A stretch of 64,000 bases of DNA from a virus (taxonomy: Duplodnaviria; Caudoviricetes). The notes beneath the pieces were generated by a model. It saw nothing but the letters and a program-made list of their open reading frames with translations. It ran no database searches and was not told where the DNA came from. This document shows, in pieces, positions 27,980 through 38,173 of the stretch. Both the position numbers and the translations under genes were made by a program. The stretch covers positions 957 through 64,956 of IMG/VR virus record IMGVR_UViG_3300033067_000207; one strand, 5' to 3'. How positions within the stretch are numbered: the stretch's first letter is position 1; each line of letters begins with the position of its first letter.

Positions 27980-30900
27980 ATGGCTATTTACCGTGTCCAA
28001 GGGCCTGATGGAGCAATTTACCGCTTTGAGGGACCGGACGGGGCAACGCCCGAACAGGTAGAAGCCGCAGCCGCGCAACAGTTTGGCTCCTCTCAATCGC
28101 AAGAAGAACCTAAGAAAATGGCCGGGTTTGGTGGGTCCTACATGGATGCCGTTCAAACCCTTGGCCTGTCTGACGAAGCCGCCGCGTACGCCGCTGATCC
28201 TTCTGATGCTAATCGCAAAAAATTTCTAGACGCGGCCAAGTCTAAGTACGATTCTGTCGGTGGTTTTGGTAAGGGCCAAGACTGGGAATACTTCAAGGAA
28301 CTGTTAGGCGGGTCTCTCGGTCAGATGACCGCACCTCTAGCGGCTGGTGCGGTTGGTTCTTTGGCTGGCCCGATTGCTAGCGGCGCGGCGTTTGCCGGTG
28401 TGGATGCTGCACAGTACTCCATTCAGAACTTACAGCGCCAAGCGCAAGAACAACAAGCTAGTATAGATCAAGGGCGCGCGCCAGCTAAAACCGATGTGGG
28501 TAAAGCGCTTATCGCTGCTGTGCCGCAGGCTGGCCTTGACGTTGCCGAGACCGCCGTCTTTGGTGGTATCTTTAAACACTTCCCGCTTATGAAGGGCCTT
28601 ATTGGCGGCGACAAAGTTGCTACTGAGGCGCTAAAAGACGCAGTTAAAAATGGAACGCTTAAGTTTGCTGGTGGTATCGCTAAAGGCGTCGGCAAGGGCG
28701 TTGCGTTTGAAGTCCCGCAAGAAGTCGCGCAACAAGCGCTGGAGCGCTGGCAGGCGGGCTTGTCTTTGTCAGATGACGACGCCAAATCTGAATATATGCA
28801 GGCGGCGCAAGGTGCTGCTGTACTGGGTGGCCTGCTTGGTGGTGTTGAGTCGGTAGTAGAAACTGGCCCCGCCGCCGTAAAGGCCCGCCGACAAGTCAAA
28901 GAAGACGCGTCAGAATTTTCTAAGCTGGAGGAACTTGCAGATGCTAAAAGAAATGCTAAACCGGCTGTTTCGCAAGAAGCCCCCGCAATTGAACCAGAAC
29001 CCGCTGCCGCAACCGCAGCCGAACCAATCGTCGCACCTGAAGCTCCAGACCTTACGCCACAAGCAGGCAATGTTGAAGGGGCTGGTGTTGCAGGGGATAA
29101 CCTTGCAGGACGTGGAAACGGCGTTTCAGATGTTAGCGGGGACGTGGAATCCGTTGGGGGAGATGCCACCGGAAGCGCTGGAGCAATTGACCGAGGAGGA
29201 ATGGGGAACGCTGTCAGTCCTGTTGAACCGGTTAATGAAGGAGCGGGCGCAAGCTACGATCCAGTAAAGAACTTTCCTAATATACTGACGCTCAATAAGG
29301 CGGTCGAAGAAGCACCCAGTATATATCCGAAAAGCGCCATCGCTAGGAAGTTCTTTATAAACGCGGTTAAAGACGCGATAGGACAATCCAGCGGTGTGGA
29401 TGCAGCCGCGCTCAAAGGCGTGCGCAAAGATGCGTACGATGCCGGTACAAAATACGCCGCCAATACGCTAGCCGAACTCAAAAACGGTCTTGCGGAAGCT
29501 ACACCTCCCGCCGCAGAAAAGCCCGCACCTGACGCCGCGACCGAAGAGGAAGCGCGGTTGAAACGCATACAGGACGCGTACGCCGCTGCCGGTAAAGGCC
29601 AAGAATTTGATCCTAATACCTCATTGATGGATCAGATGATGCTGCCTGCTACACGCGGCGTACGCCCGGCTGAAACAAACATTGAGCCCACTAATATTAC
29701 TGAAGAAGACGTAGCTCCGGATGAGCCCTCTGGCCCTGTTCGGTATGCGGATGACTTGGTTAGTGGAGAAGAGCCAGAGGATATCTATAACGCAAAAGCT
29801 CCGCTTACCGAAAAGCGAGACACGCCGTATTTTATCCGTACCGACTATAGCGACGACGTAAAAGCCGCAATGCTACAGGCGCGCCAAGAGCGCCAGCGCG
29901 GGGACAACTTAAAAATAGAAAAGAAAATCCCCAAAGGGTTTACTCCAGAACAAGTGCAAGAGCGGCTAGAGTGGGCGGAAAAGATTAGAAATGCCGCTAA
30001 CGCAAAACTAGAAGAGCTGCGCGCCAGTGAGGCACGGCAAGAAACGCACTACGTTAGGGAAACGCCCGCGCAACTTACCGGCAGTCAAATAAACACGAAG
30101 CTGCAAATTCAAGAAGCTGCGGCGTCAGGTGCACTGTCAAAGACGGCGGCGGACAAACTAATTAAGAGGCTGTATAAAGGTGAACACCTAACTAAAGAAG
30201 ACATCGACGCGGTGCTCGCATCTTCGATGCTCAGAATAGAACGCTCGCGCTTTTTTGATGACCTTCCGCGTACACCCAAGTGGACTACGCAGGAATTGAT
30301 GAAGCATGTGCGGGACTTGAACACCGCACTGGCCTACGTAACACAAAACTGGACTAATGCGCCCGCTATCCACGTTGTTAGTGAACCGAAGCTGACTGGG
30401 CCTAAACTCACGCTGATTGAAAACGGTCGCGAACAAAATACGCGCACTGAATTGCCCGGGCCTGTATACGAGCGCATGAAAGCTGATGAGCGGCTAAATG
30501 CACCTGCTCTTACTACAGAAAACGGAACGATTTACATTATCGGGTCGAACATCCCTAAGGGCTATTCGCACATAGTAAAGCCTATAATTTTCCACGAAGC
30601 ATTCCACTCCGGTCTCGTCTCGCCAAAAACTGCGCGCAAATTTCAGATGGAAAAAGACGACCTTATGATGCGCATCTATAGCGACAACCCGAAGTATAGG
30701 GCTAAAGCGGATGCGTGGCTAAAGAAACACCCGGAAGTATATCACAGCAGCGATCTAGAAGACCTAACTCCGCACGCTGTTGCTACAGAAGAGGTGATGG
30801 CTGAAGAAGCGCGGACAGAAGCTTTCAGGAAGACACCCACGTGGCAGCGAATTAAGGACTTCATTCGCCGCTGGGCGCGCAAACTATTTCAGAAAAACCT

Positions 30901-33900
30901 CCCGTTCTCTGATAGAGACGTGGAAGCGGTTATACGCATGGCTGTCTCTAATATAGAGAGCGGCAAACCCGCTACTCGCGAGCAAAACCTACGCATACTG
31001 GATAAGGAGTCAGTATCCGTCGGGTCCGCGCGCTATGCTCCGAGCAAGCCGAAAGGCCCCAAAAAACAAACTATACAGAACCGCATTGATCGCGCGCGGA
31101 AAAAAGCCGCCGCTATGGAAGACGTGATTAGCAAGTCTAACCCCGACGAGACGTTGGACATAGCGGGTGAAATGTTGCGCACAATGCGCGGCGACACAAA
31201 AAGCCTCGATAAACTAAAAAATCTCTGGGGAGATATGTCCACAGACAGATTGCGTATGCTCCTGCCAGTTTTGACGACCGACGACGTTACGCGTATGGTG
31301 GGAGACAAGGTTAATAACATTAAACCGGTTAACAAGTCCGTGAACGCTATGGGCGCGTACCGCTTCAATTGGCGTCAGGATGCCGCCCCGCTTATGGAGG
31401 ACTGGATTAACTATTATCGTAGCAACAAAAACGGAGCGGAAGAACTAGCCGACACTATGCACCGTGCAAGAATACTGCAAGTTAACCCGAGCGCGCACAA
31501 AGACGCGGCTACTAGTATCGCAAATGACAAAGCAATCACAAAACAAAAGCAAATAGTCGCCCAAAATCAAGGCAAAACAAAAACAGAAGCCGGTAAACGC
31601 GGTGCCGCCGAGAAAGCTATAGCCGAAAGGGAAAGCGACATTAAACTAATGTACGAGTTTTGGGGAAAACTAGACCCTAAGGCCAAAGAAATTTTTGCTC
31701 GTGCACGCGATTACTATAAGAAACAGTTCGCGGAATATAAGTCATTGCTCCAAACAGAGATCAACAAAAACGCCGCTGCGGGTAGCAAAGACAACGTAAC
31801 TAAGAAGCTACAGGATATGTTTAAAGAGGCGGACGAGTTGGAAGTGTATTTCCCGCTCCGCCGCTACGGCAAATACTGGTATCAATACGGCACCGGTGAG
31901 GCCCGGGAGTTTTATATGTTTGACTCCGCACACCAGCGCAATACGGCGCTTCGGGATCGGATGGAGCACGCTAAAAAGGGCGGCGAGTCGCGCACTGCTG
32001 CGAAAATGATTGAAGACGGCGACTTGGACCTTGGTTCCTCGTCTCGTCAGGCTATGGCTAAAGAAGCGGGCACTAATAAAGTACTTCAAGACCTGTTTAA
32101 AGCCATCGACAGCGCGGGTAAACTCGATAAGGAAGAAATGAAGGAGCAGGTGTTCGCCCTGTATATGAACACGTTACCCAATAACTCTATGCGACAAAAC
32201 CTTCGGCACGCTAAGATTATTAGTGGCTTTAGCCGCGACGCGCTGCGTAACTATGTTACGTCTGTCAACACGGCGTCCAACCAGATGGCGAAACTTAAGT
32301 ATGCGTCTGATATCCGTAACGGCCTCCTAGCTGCGCGCAGCGAAATAGAAAACCACCCAGACAAAGAAAAACTGGGTACGTTCATCGAAGAAATCGGCAA
32401 GCGCGCTAACCTTGAACTTTCTCCGAACATCGCGGAAGAAGGTGAAATTGACTGGAACGGGCTCGCGGCTATGGGCAACCAAGCCGTGTTCTACTACATG
32501 CTTACGTCGCCTAAATCGGCTGTTGTGCAGATGACGCAGTTACACATTGTTGGGCTGCCGGTACTTACTGCTAAATACGGCTTCGGCAAAACTATGAAGA
32601 TGGCCGCTAAATACGGCAACCCACTGTTTTCGCTTGGTATGGTGAAAGACGGCAAGGTTGTCCCTCCGTCGATTAGTCTTTCTAAAGCCATCACAGAAGA
32701 AAAGAACTCAGCCAAAAAAGCTGCCCTTACGGAAGGCTGGGAGCACGCAAATAACCTCGACAAGTTTATGGATACGTTTGTCGCCTCGACTACTGAACGC
32801 GGAAAAATGCCTTCTGCTGCGCACGCTAGTTTAGGCCAAACCGCACTTCGGCGCGTGGCTAATTTCATGAGCGGAGCTTTCCACCACTTTGAACGCGTGT
32901 CGCGCGAAATTATGTACATGTCTGCATTTGAGCTTGAGTATGACGCGCAGATAGAAGCGGGTAAATCTCAGAAAGAAGCGACCGAAATTGCTAAGGAAGT
33001 GGGCATAGAGAAACTTGAAGAAGCGCTGTTTAATTACAGCAGCTACAATAAACCTAGGTTAGCTAAGTCCCCAATTGGTAAGTTGGGTTTCCAGTTCATG
33101 TCCTATCCGATGCAGATGACTTCGTACATTATGCGTAACGGAGCGGCGCTGTTTAGAGACTTGCCCGCTGCGGAAAAGAAAGCCGCTGCCATTAAATTGT
33201 TTGGTACTATCGGTATGACCGCCATGTATGCCGGTGTTGTGGGCCTGCCCGGGTATTCGATAATTATGGGCATCGCTGACGGGATGCGCGATTTGTTTGG
33301 TGACCCGGGGGATGACGACGAAGATAACCCTCTGGCTGCGCACAACACGGATATCTGGTTTAGGCAGTATTTTATTCCGACCTATTTTGGGGCGGGCGTT
33401 ATGGGTCGGGCGGTGACTTATGGTCCGGTGTCTGCGCTTACTGGCGGTGACGTTTCTGGGTCTACCTCTCTGGATGGTCTGTGGATTAGAAATAACGATC
33501 CCCCCGACTCCTATAAAGACGGCTTCCAGCAAATGCTGTTGGGGCTTACTGGCCCGTTTGGTTCTATGGGTTCGCAAGTCGCTGCCGGGTTTGACGACAT
33601 CAACAACGGCGACCTTACACGCGGCATGGAGAAACTTTCTCCTGCCTTCCTGCGCAACTTTATCCGTACCGGACGATACGCCACCGAAGGTGCCGTCACT
33701 AAGGGTAACCCGGGTGACATCATGAAAGAGAAAGAGTGGTTCACTACCGGCAAGTTGCTTGGGCAGTCTATGGGTTTCGCGCCTATGGAAATCGCGGATA
33801 TCCAACAGAAGACTTATGCGCTGAAGCGCGAAGCGGAAGTAATCGCCAAGAAGCAGGCTAAGATACTTGATAGGGTTAACCGGGCGTTCGCAAACGACAA

Positions 33901-34114
33901 CGATGCGGAAATTGATAGCGCCCTAGAAGCTGTGGATAAATACAACGATAAGTACGGCGAAGTCCTGCCAATTACTACAAATAGCCTGAACTCGTCTATT
34001 AAGAACCGTTTGGCGATCCAAGCTGCGTCGATCCACGGTTTGCGCGTTAATGGAAAGTTCCGGCCAGCCGCCGACGAACTACTCGGGCTGTCGCTAGGAG
34101 ATGACGAGGAATAA
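27980..34114 (+). CDS. Large ejection/polyvalent-like protein (2044 aa) with putative zincin metallopeptidase motif
   Basis: Last gene of the virion arm; HEAFH at 30593-30607 with downstream EEVMAE; hydrophobic C-terminal segments. Confidence 0.7.
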   Translation: MAIYRVQGPDGAIYRFEGPDGATPEQVEAAAAQQFGSSQSQEEPKKMAGFGGSYMDAVQTLGLSDEAAAYAADPSDANRKKFLDAAKSKYDSVGGFGKGQDWEYFKELLGGSLGQMTAPLAAGAVGSLAGPIASGAAFAGVDAAQYSIQNLQRQAQEQQASIDQGRAPAKTDVGKALIAAVPQAGLDVAETAVFGGIFKHFPLMKGLIGGDKVATEALKDAVKNGTLKFAGGIAKGVGKGVAFEVPQEVAQQALERWQAGLSLSDDDAKSEYMQAAQGAAVLGGLLGGVESVVETGPAAVKARRQVKEDASEFSKLEELADAKRNAKPAVSQEAPAIEPEPAAATAAEPIVAPEAPDLTPQAGNVEGAGVAGDNLAGRGNGVSDVSGDVESVGGDATGSAGAIDRGGMGNAVSPVEPVNEGAGASYDPVKNFPNILTLNKAVEEAPSIYPKSAIARKFFINAVKDAIGQSSGVDAAALKGVRKDAYDAGTKYAANTLAELKNGLAEATPPAAEKPAPDAATEEEARLKRIQDAYAAAGKGQEFDPNTSLMDQMMLPATRGVRPAETNIEPTNITEEDVAPDEPSGPVRYADDLVSGEEPEDIYNAKAPLTEKRDTPYFIRTDYSDDVKAAMLQARQERQRGDNLKIEKKIPKGFTPEQVQERLEWAEKIRNAANAKLEELRASEARQETHYVRETPAQLTGSQINTKLQIQEAAASGALSKTAADKLIKRLYKGEHLTKEDIDAVLASSMLRIERSRFFDDLPRTPKWTTQELMKHVRDLNTALAYVTQNWTNAPAIHVVSEPKLTGPKLTLIENGREQNTRTELPGPVYERMKADERLNAPALTTENGTIYIIGSNIPKGYSHIVKPIIFHEAFHSGLVSPKTARKFQMEKDDLMMRIYSDNPKYRAKADAWLKKHPEVYHSSDLEDLTPHAVATEEVMAEEARTEAFRKTPTWQRIKDFIRRWARKLFQKNLPFSDRDVEAVIRMAVSNIESGKPATREQNLRILDKESVSVGSARYAPSKPKGPKKQTIQNRIDRARKKAAAMEDVISKSNPDETLDIAGEMLRTMRGDTKSLDKLKNLWGDMSTDRLRMLLPVLTTDDVTRMVGDKVNNIKPVNKSVNAMGAYRFNWRQDAAPLMEDWINYYRSNKNGAEELADTMHRARILQVNPSAHKDAATSIANDKAITKQKQIVAQNQGKTKTEAGKRGAAEKAIAERESDIKLMYEFWGKLDPKAKEIFARARDYYKKQFAEYKSLLQTEINKNAAAGSKDNVTKKLQDMFKEADELEVYFPLRRYGKYWYQYGTGEAREFYMFDSAHQRNTALRDRMEHAKKGGESRTAAKMIEDGDLDLGSSSRQAMAKEAGTNKVLQDLFKAIDSAGKLDKEEMKEQVFALYMNTLPNNSMRQNLRHAKIISGFSRDALRNYVTSVNTASNQMAKLKYASDIRNGLLAARSEIENHPDKEKLGTFIEEIGKRANLELSPNIAEEGEIDWNGLAAMGNQAVFYYMLTSPKSAVVQMTQLHIVGLPVLTAKYGFGKTMKMAAKYGNPLFSLGMVKDGKVVPPSISLSKAITEEKNSAKKAALTEGWEHANNLDKFMDTFVASTTERGKMPSAAHASLGQTALRRVANFMSGAFHHFERVSREIMYMSAFELEYDAQIEAGKSQKEATEIAKEVGIEKLEEALFNYSSYNKPRLAKSPIGKLGFQFMSYPMQMTSYIMRNGAALFRDLPAAEKKAAAIKLFGTIGMTAMYAGVVGLPGYSIIMGIADGMRDLFGDPGDDDEDNPLAAHNTDIWFRQYFIPTYFGAGVMGRAVTYGPVSALTGGDVSGSTSLDGLWIRNNDPPDSYKDGFQQMLLGLTGPFGSMGSQVAAGFDDINNGDLTRGMEKLSPAFLRNFIRTGRYATEGAVTKGNPGDIMKEKEWFTTGKLLGQSMGFAPMEIADIQQKTYALKREAEVIAKKQAKILDRVNRAFANDNDAEIDSALEAVDKYNDKYGEVLPITTNSLNSSIKNRLAIQAASIHGLRVNGKFRPAADELLGLSLGDDEE

Positions 34115-34145
34115 AAAAGACCCCCTAGGCTTAGCCTAGGGGGTC
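34113..34145 (-). terminator. Terminator between the convergent arms
   Basis: Perfect 12-bp stem GACCCCCTAGGC-TTA-GCCTAGGGGGTC with a T6 tract on the - strand. Confidence 0.85.
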
Positions 34146-34198
34146 AGTGACACAGGAGGAAACGCTCGACTCCGAGGAGAGCCCGGAGGAGCAATCTT

Positions 34199-34441
34199 CT
34201 ATATATACCCGTCACACCAGACGCGCAAGCCCTTAATCCCCTCAACCGCAACAATTTTATAGATTGGCCGTATGCCACGGCGCGACATTACAGGGTCGAT
34301 CTTGCTCTTTGCCTCAAGGCAATTGCGGCACGGAATAAACACGGAAGTGCCCGGCCTGAAGTTTTCCCAATTTATAATATACTCAACGCCCTCTATATCA
34401 AGCGTCGGTATCTCCGGAGACTTGGATTTGAAGGTAGCCAT
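34199..34441 (-). CDS. Hypothetical protein
   Basis: 80 aa, overlapping the end of the primase gene. Confidence 0.6.
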   Translation of the reverse strand: MATFKSKSPEIPTLDIEGVEYIINWENFRPGTSVFIPCRNCLEAKSKIDPVMSRRGIRPIYKIVAVEGIKGLRVWCDGYI

Positions 34442-37223
34442 GGTTGGTTGTGTCCAAACAAAGAGCGTTGACGGGAGGGGAGTTAACTTCGGTGCCCTTG
34501 CTCATACGTTTAGCAGTAACACCAGTACACACCCCGGCTTTAGTGAGGTCTGCAATTAAGTCCTTATAACTAATACTGCGGTCAATACAATACCTACGGA
34601 ACGCCGAAGCCGAAATATACATCTTAAACGTGTCTGGCTCGTACCGCACCAACAATTCTCCACGAGGGGTAACAATCGGCGCGTGCGGCATTTGCGTGCG
34701 CGCATCCAGAGAGTCCTTGATAACAAGTATGTTGACGTTGTGCTTATTCAAAAACTCACCCAGTATGGATATGGGTTGCTGCTCGTTTTTATCCATGGAG
34801 TCTCTAAGCCGCAAGAAATGGTACCCTGCGCGGGCATAAATAGCGGACATATTAAAATCATGTAAACCAAGCTGTCCGGAAATCGTGCCACTATGCAAAT
34901 TACACGCCATCATACCAGTCCAAAACCGTTCGCGCGGCGTAGCCTGTAGTTCTCTATCCAGCTTTTCCTGCGCCCTGCGGAGGCCGATCACGACTTGCTC
35001 AAGATTTTTTACTAGGAAATCCATGTAGATTAGACCGGCGTGCCCGAAGTTCTCCATCAAAGTCATGTCGAAAGCCATCTTGGCTTCATACGGATCGAGC
35101 ACCGTGTTGTAGCCTACATTATACTCAAATAGCCGCATCGACTCCCCTTCCGGAAGCGACTTAATAAGCTGCAACTTGTCATAAATAGATGAGTTAGAAC
35201 TAGACAAGCCGATGGTTTGCCACGTTGAGAAGTTTTCCCGCAGTTCGTTTGTTGATGATTTCATGCGGTCTTTGCCCTTGCCCTGAGTGAGAGCATACAG
35301 CAGCTCCGAAGCGTGTTCCGGCTTCATGTTAGAAAGCTCGTCCATACAAAACGGCAAATTAGACATGATCCCTAACTTTTGGATTTTAGACACGTGAGTG
35401 TCGTTGTTCTGGGACAGCAGCTCCGTAGGGTGCCCGTACACACTCATGCAAGCACGCAGGATAGTAGTTTTGCCTGTACCAGAGCGAGGGTGCACGAGAT
35501 TAATAAGGCCGCCGTTGTGACCCAGAAAACGCAGCAGTGGCGCACCAAATGCAGTCAATGCACCAAAAGCGTGGTCTTCTAGCCCCGGTTCTTTGTATAA
35601 ATTAAATACCTCTTTCCACTTTTCCAGCGACCCCTTTCTATACATTTGGCTAGCCAGTTGCCGCGTGGTTTTGGAGGGCGTAACGAACTCTATACCTTTA
35701 GTAGAAACAAGCCGTTCACCAATCAGAAACGCGTTGTTGTCCTGCTTCCAACCAAACTGGTGGTATGAGGGGTCTGCTTTTTCTGCGAGCATTTGGGCGT
35801 TCACACTAACAATTAGATACGTAAGGATATTTTGGTACTGTTTATCGTTCGCTAAGATACCATTGAACGCAAGGGTGTGTTTTAGCGCCTGCCTGTCTAC
35901 CAGCGTAGTATTAGCAAGACTAAATTTCCTGACCCCGTCGTTTGGCGAATGGAAATATACAATTGATCCGTCGCCAATTAAAGTATCATTTGTTCGCGAG
36001 CGAACATATAAGTCAAACGGGAAAACTACTTTGGGTTCACCCTCTTCGCCCGTCTCTATGTTTAGCGCGATCCCACCTTTTTCTAGGCGCACATAACCAG
36101 CAGGTAGGGTCGGGAACGGGAAAACCTCTTCTTCCCCGTCTTCCGTTTTTACAACTACTTCTTTTTCCCCGCCGTCTTTGAAGAACTTACCCAAGCTGAT
36201 GGGGGACTTAACGTTTGCACTGATAGGGCAGTTACCGCATATACCGGGGTTGTTGCGGTCAAAAATAGCGCACGTGTGCGGCCCTTGGATATGCTCCGTT
36301 TTACGCAACGCGGCTTCAAAATTATAGCCCGGGTGTCCCTCAGAGACAGCCTTAATGGCTTCTTCTTTATCGGTGCAGAACGCCGCGATAGATAAAGCAT
36401 CAAACCACCGGGGCTCTTCGAGCGTCTCCCTATCTGCGATAATAGAAGCAATCTGCGCGCAGCCGTTGCCCGTTTGGGTTTTTTCGAGGATAGCCTTAAA
36501 GCTGAACGACACGTTCGACCTAACCATTTCTGACACAGTGCCAGCTAGGTAGGATTTGCGTTTTTCCGGGTTTGCTGCTAGAGCGCGCGAATACCCGATA
36601 GCAGAGCAAAACTCTTCTAGGTCTACCGGCTCACCGACATATGCAAGCGTAACGGGTGCTGGCTCATCGCCTTTGTAGTTGAGAGTATCTGGGATACGTA
36701 GAATGCGCGCGGTTTCAAACACTGCCCGGTCAACAATAAGCCCCCAATCAAGGCACAAGTCGCGGAAATAATGTGCAATTGGTTGCCATGCTTCCGGGGT
36801 AATGTCTTCCGTAAGCGGCCAGTATACGTGCACTCCGCGCCCGGAATTAACCAGCGTGGGGCGGGGCAGGTTGTGTTCTTTGACAAAAGACTTCAAGGCG
36901 GCGAACGCCGCAGCTTGATCTATGTAACCGTTGATCTTACCCGTTCGCGGGTGCGGCGCTGCCTTATCGGGACCGCAATCAAGGTCCAGCCAGAATGCGC
37001 GAAGCGCTTGCACATTAGATTGGAAGCGCGAGCTATCGTCTTTGTACTTAGCTACGCCGAAATAAACATCGAACTCATGCTTAAGTAGTTTCTCAGTAAG
37101 TGCATCTACCTCTTCGCGGGTCTGCACCATGTACTGTTGGACGCCGCCTTCTTTCTTTATGCCTACTACGGCGAACCAGCCGCCTTGGGGTTGTACTAGC
37201 GAAAGAAGATCAGCGCCCATCAC
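34398..37223 (-). CDS. Primase-helicase (AEP-like primase + DUF927-like helicase)
   Basis: FWLDLDCG, VNSGRGVHVYW, Cys cluster HTC...CGNC, Walker A GTGKTT, Walker B CMDEL. Confidence 0.8.
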   Translation of the reverse strand: MMGADLLSLVQPQGGWFAVVGIKKEGGVQQYMVQTREEVDALTEKLLKHEFDVYFGVAKYKDDSSRFQSNVQALRAFWLDLDCGPDKAAPHPRTGKINGYIDQAAAFAALKSFVKEHNLPRPTLVNSGRGVHVYWPLTEDITPEAWQPIAHYFRDLCLDWGLIVDRAVFETARILRIPDTLNYKGDEPAPVTLAYVGEPVDLEEFCSAIGYSRALAANPEKRKSYLAGTVSEMVRSNVSFSFKAILEKTQTGNGCAQIASIIADRETLEEPRWFDALSIAAFCTDKEEAIKAVSEGHPGYNFEAALRKTEHIQGPHTCAIFDRNNPGICGNCPISANVKSPISLGKFFKDGGEKEVVVKTEDGEEEVFPFPTLPAGYVRLEKGGIALNIETGEEGEPKVVFPFDLYVRSRTNDTLIGDGSIVYFHSPNDGVRKFSLANTTLVDRQALKHTLAFNGILANDKQYQNILTYLIVSVNAQMLAEKADPSYHQFGWKQDNNAFLIGERLVSTKGIEFVTPSKTTRQLASQMYRKGSLEKWKEVFNLYKEPGLEDHAFGALTAFGAPLLRFLGHNGGLINLVHPRSGTGKTTILRACMSVYGHPTELLSQNNDTHVSKIQKLGIMSNLPFCMDELSNMKPEHASELLYALTQGKGKDRMKSSTNELRENFSTWQTIGLSSSNSSIYDKLQLIKSLPEGESMRLFEYNVGYNTVLDPYEAKMAFDMTLMENFGHAGLIYMDFLVKNLEQVVIGLRRAQEKLDRELQATPRERFWTGMMACNLHSGTISGQLGLHDFNMSAIYARAGYHFLRLRDSMDKNEQQPISILGEFLNKHNVNILVIKDSLDARTQMPHAPIVTPRGELLVRYEPDTFKMYISASAFRRYCIDRSISYKDLIADLTKAGVCTGVTAKRMSKGTEVNSPPVNALCLDTTNHGYLQIQVSGDTDA

Positions 37224-37257
37224 ATACTCATGCTTTTTGTTTTATGCGGTCATGTAA

Positions 37258-37330
37258 TATCCCCTACTGGAGTCGAACCAGTCTACACGCGGTTTCAGTC
37301 CACGCCGCATCACCACTATGCTGAGGGGAT
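37258..37330 (-). tRNA. Atypical tRNA or tRNA-like gene, anticodon ambiguous
   Basis: Perfect 7-bp acceptor ATCCCCT/AGGGGAT, D-stem GCAT/ATGC, T-arm ACTGG-TTCGACT-CCAGT; best anticodon stem CGTGG/CCGCG with loop ACTGAAA. Confidence 0.7.
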
Positions 37331-37337
37331 AAGATAT

Positions 37338-38159
37338 TTAGTCGTCCCAATCTTCAAGGACAGACTTAACCGCTTTCTTCTCTACTGGCGGGGCTTCTTT
37401 CTTAGCCACAACCTTCTTGGGTTCTTCGGGGGCTTCCGCCTTTTCGCGCTTCTTAAACGCCTTCATAATTGTGTATTCCTTGGTTTCCTTCTTCTGGTGC
37501 GCGGCACCAACAAGGTCCCATTCCGCGTCCGTAACCGGACGGAGCGGGCTGAATACAAACTTCATCGTATCGGCGTTGTCGTCGTAAGCAATCGTCGTGA
37601 CAACCGTATCGGGCATCTCGTTATGGGCTTGAAGATACTTCACATACGCTTCAAACGGGTGCTCGTTACCCTTACCCTTGCCGAACAAAGACGCGGCAGG
37701 GATATTCATCTGGTACACTTCGCCGCTGGGGTCATTGGCGAGAAGGACAGAAATACGACGGCTATAGCGGCAAGCGCGGCGTCCGCCTTCACCGGAGCCT
37801 TCCACGTTTTGCGGGCAGTCCATGCAGGACTTACCTTGCGGATTAGCCGCACCCTCGTCGGGGAAATCACCCAAGTTAGACCAGCAATCCGGCGCTGCCG
37901 CTTCGGCCTTAGGATCGTACTTACCCGCGTAATAGGAACGAGAAACCTTAGGCAAGAAAGACAAAATGATAATGTCCAGCTTACCGCGAACCGCGTCACC
38001 GACGATTTCACCGTTGACAACCTTCTTGAAAGTGCCGTTCGTGTTAGTAGCAATGCGCCGAGACTGGAACGCGGGCTCGACCACATCGTTAAGGAAGGAC
38101 TCGCGCTTAGTGGTTGCGAGAGAAGTGTTAGGTTTGTTAAAAATAAGTTCGTTTGCCAT
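37338..38159 (-). CDS. Putative ssDNA-binding/recombination-associated protein
   Basis: Replication-module protein with Cys pairs (CMDCPQN...ACRY) and a flexible tail ending EDWDD. Confidence 0.45.
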   Translation of the reverse strand: MANELIFNKPNTSLATTKRESFLNDVVEPAFQSRRIATNTNGTFKKVVNGEIVGDAVRGKLDIIILSFLPKVSRSYYAGKYDPKAEAAAPDCWSNLGDFPDEGAANPQGKSCMDCPQNVEGSGEGGRRACRYSRRISVLLANDPSGEVYQMNIPAASLFGKGKGNEHPFEAYVKYLQAHNEMPDTVVTTIAYDDNADTMKFVFSPLRPVTDAEWDLVGAAHQKKETKEYTIMKAFKKREKAEAPEEPKKVVAKKEAPPVEKKAVKSVLEDWDD

Positions 38160-38173
38160 TTGTTTGAATAATC

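Noticed and set aside
37258-37330. Stop-codon suppressor tRNA or recoded genome
   Set aside because: No register gives a CUA, UUA or UCA anticodon, and genes are intact under the standard code.
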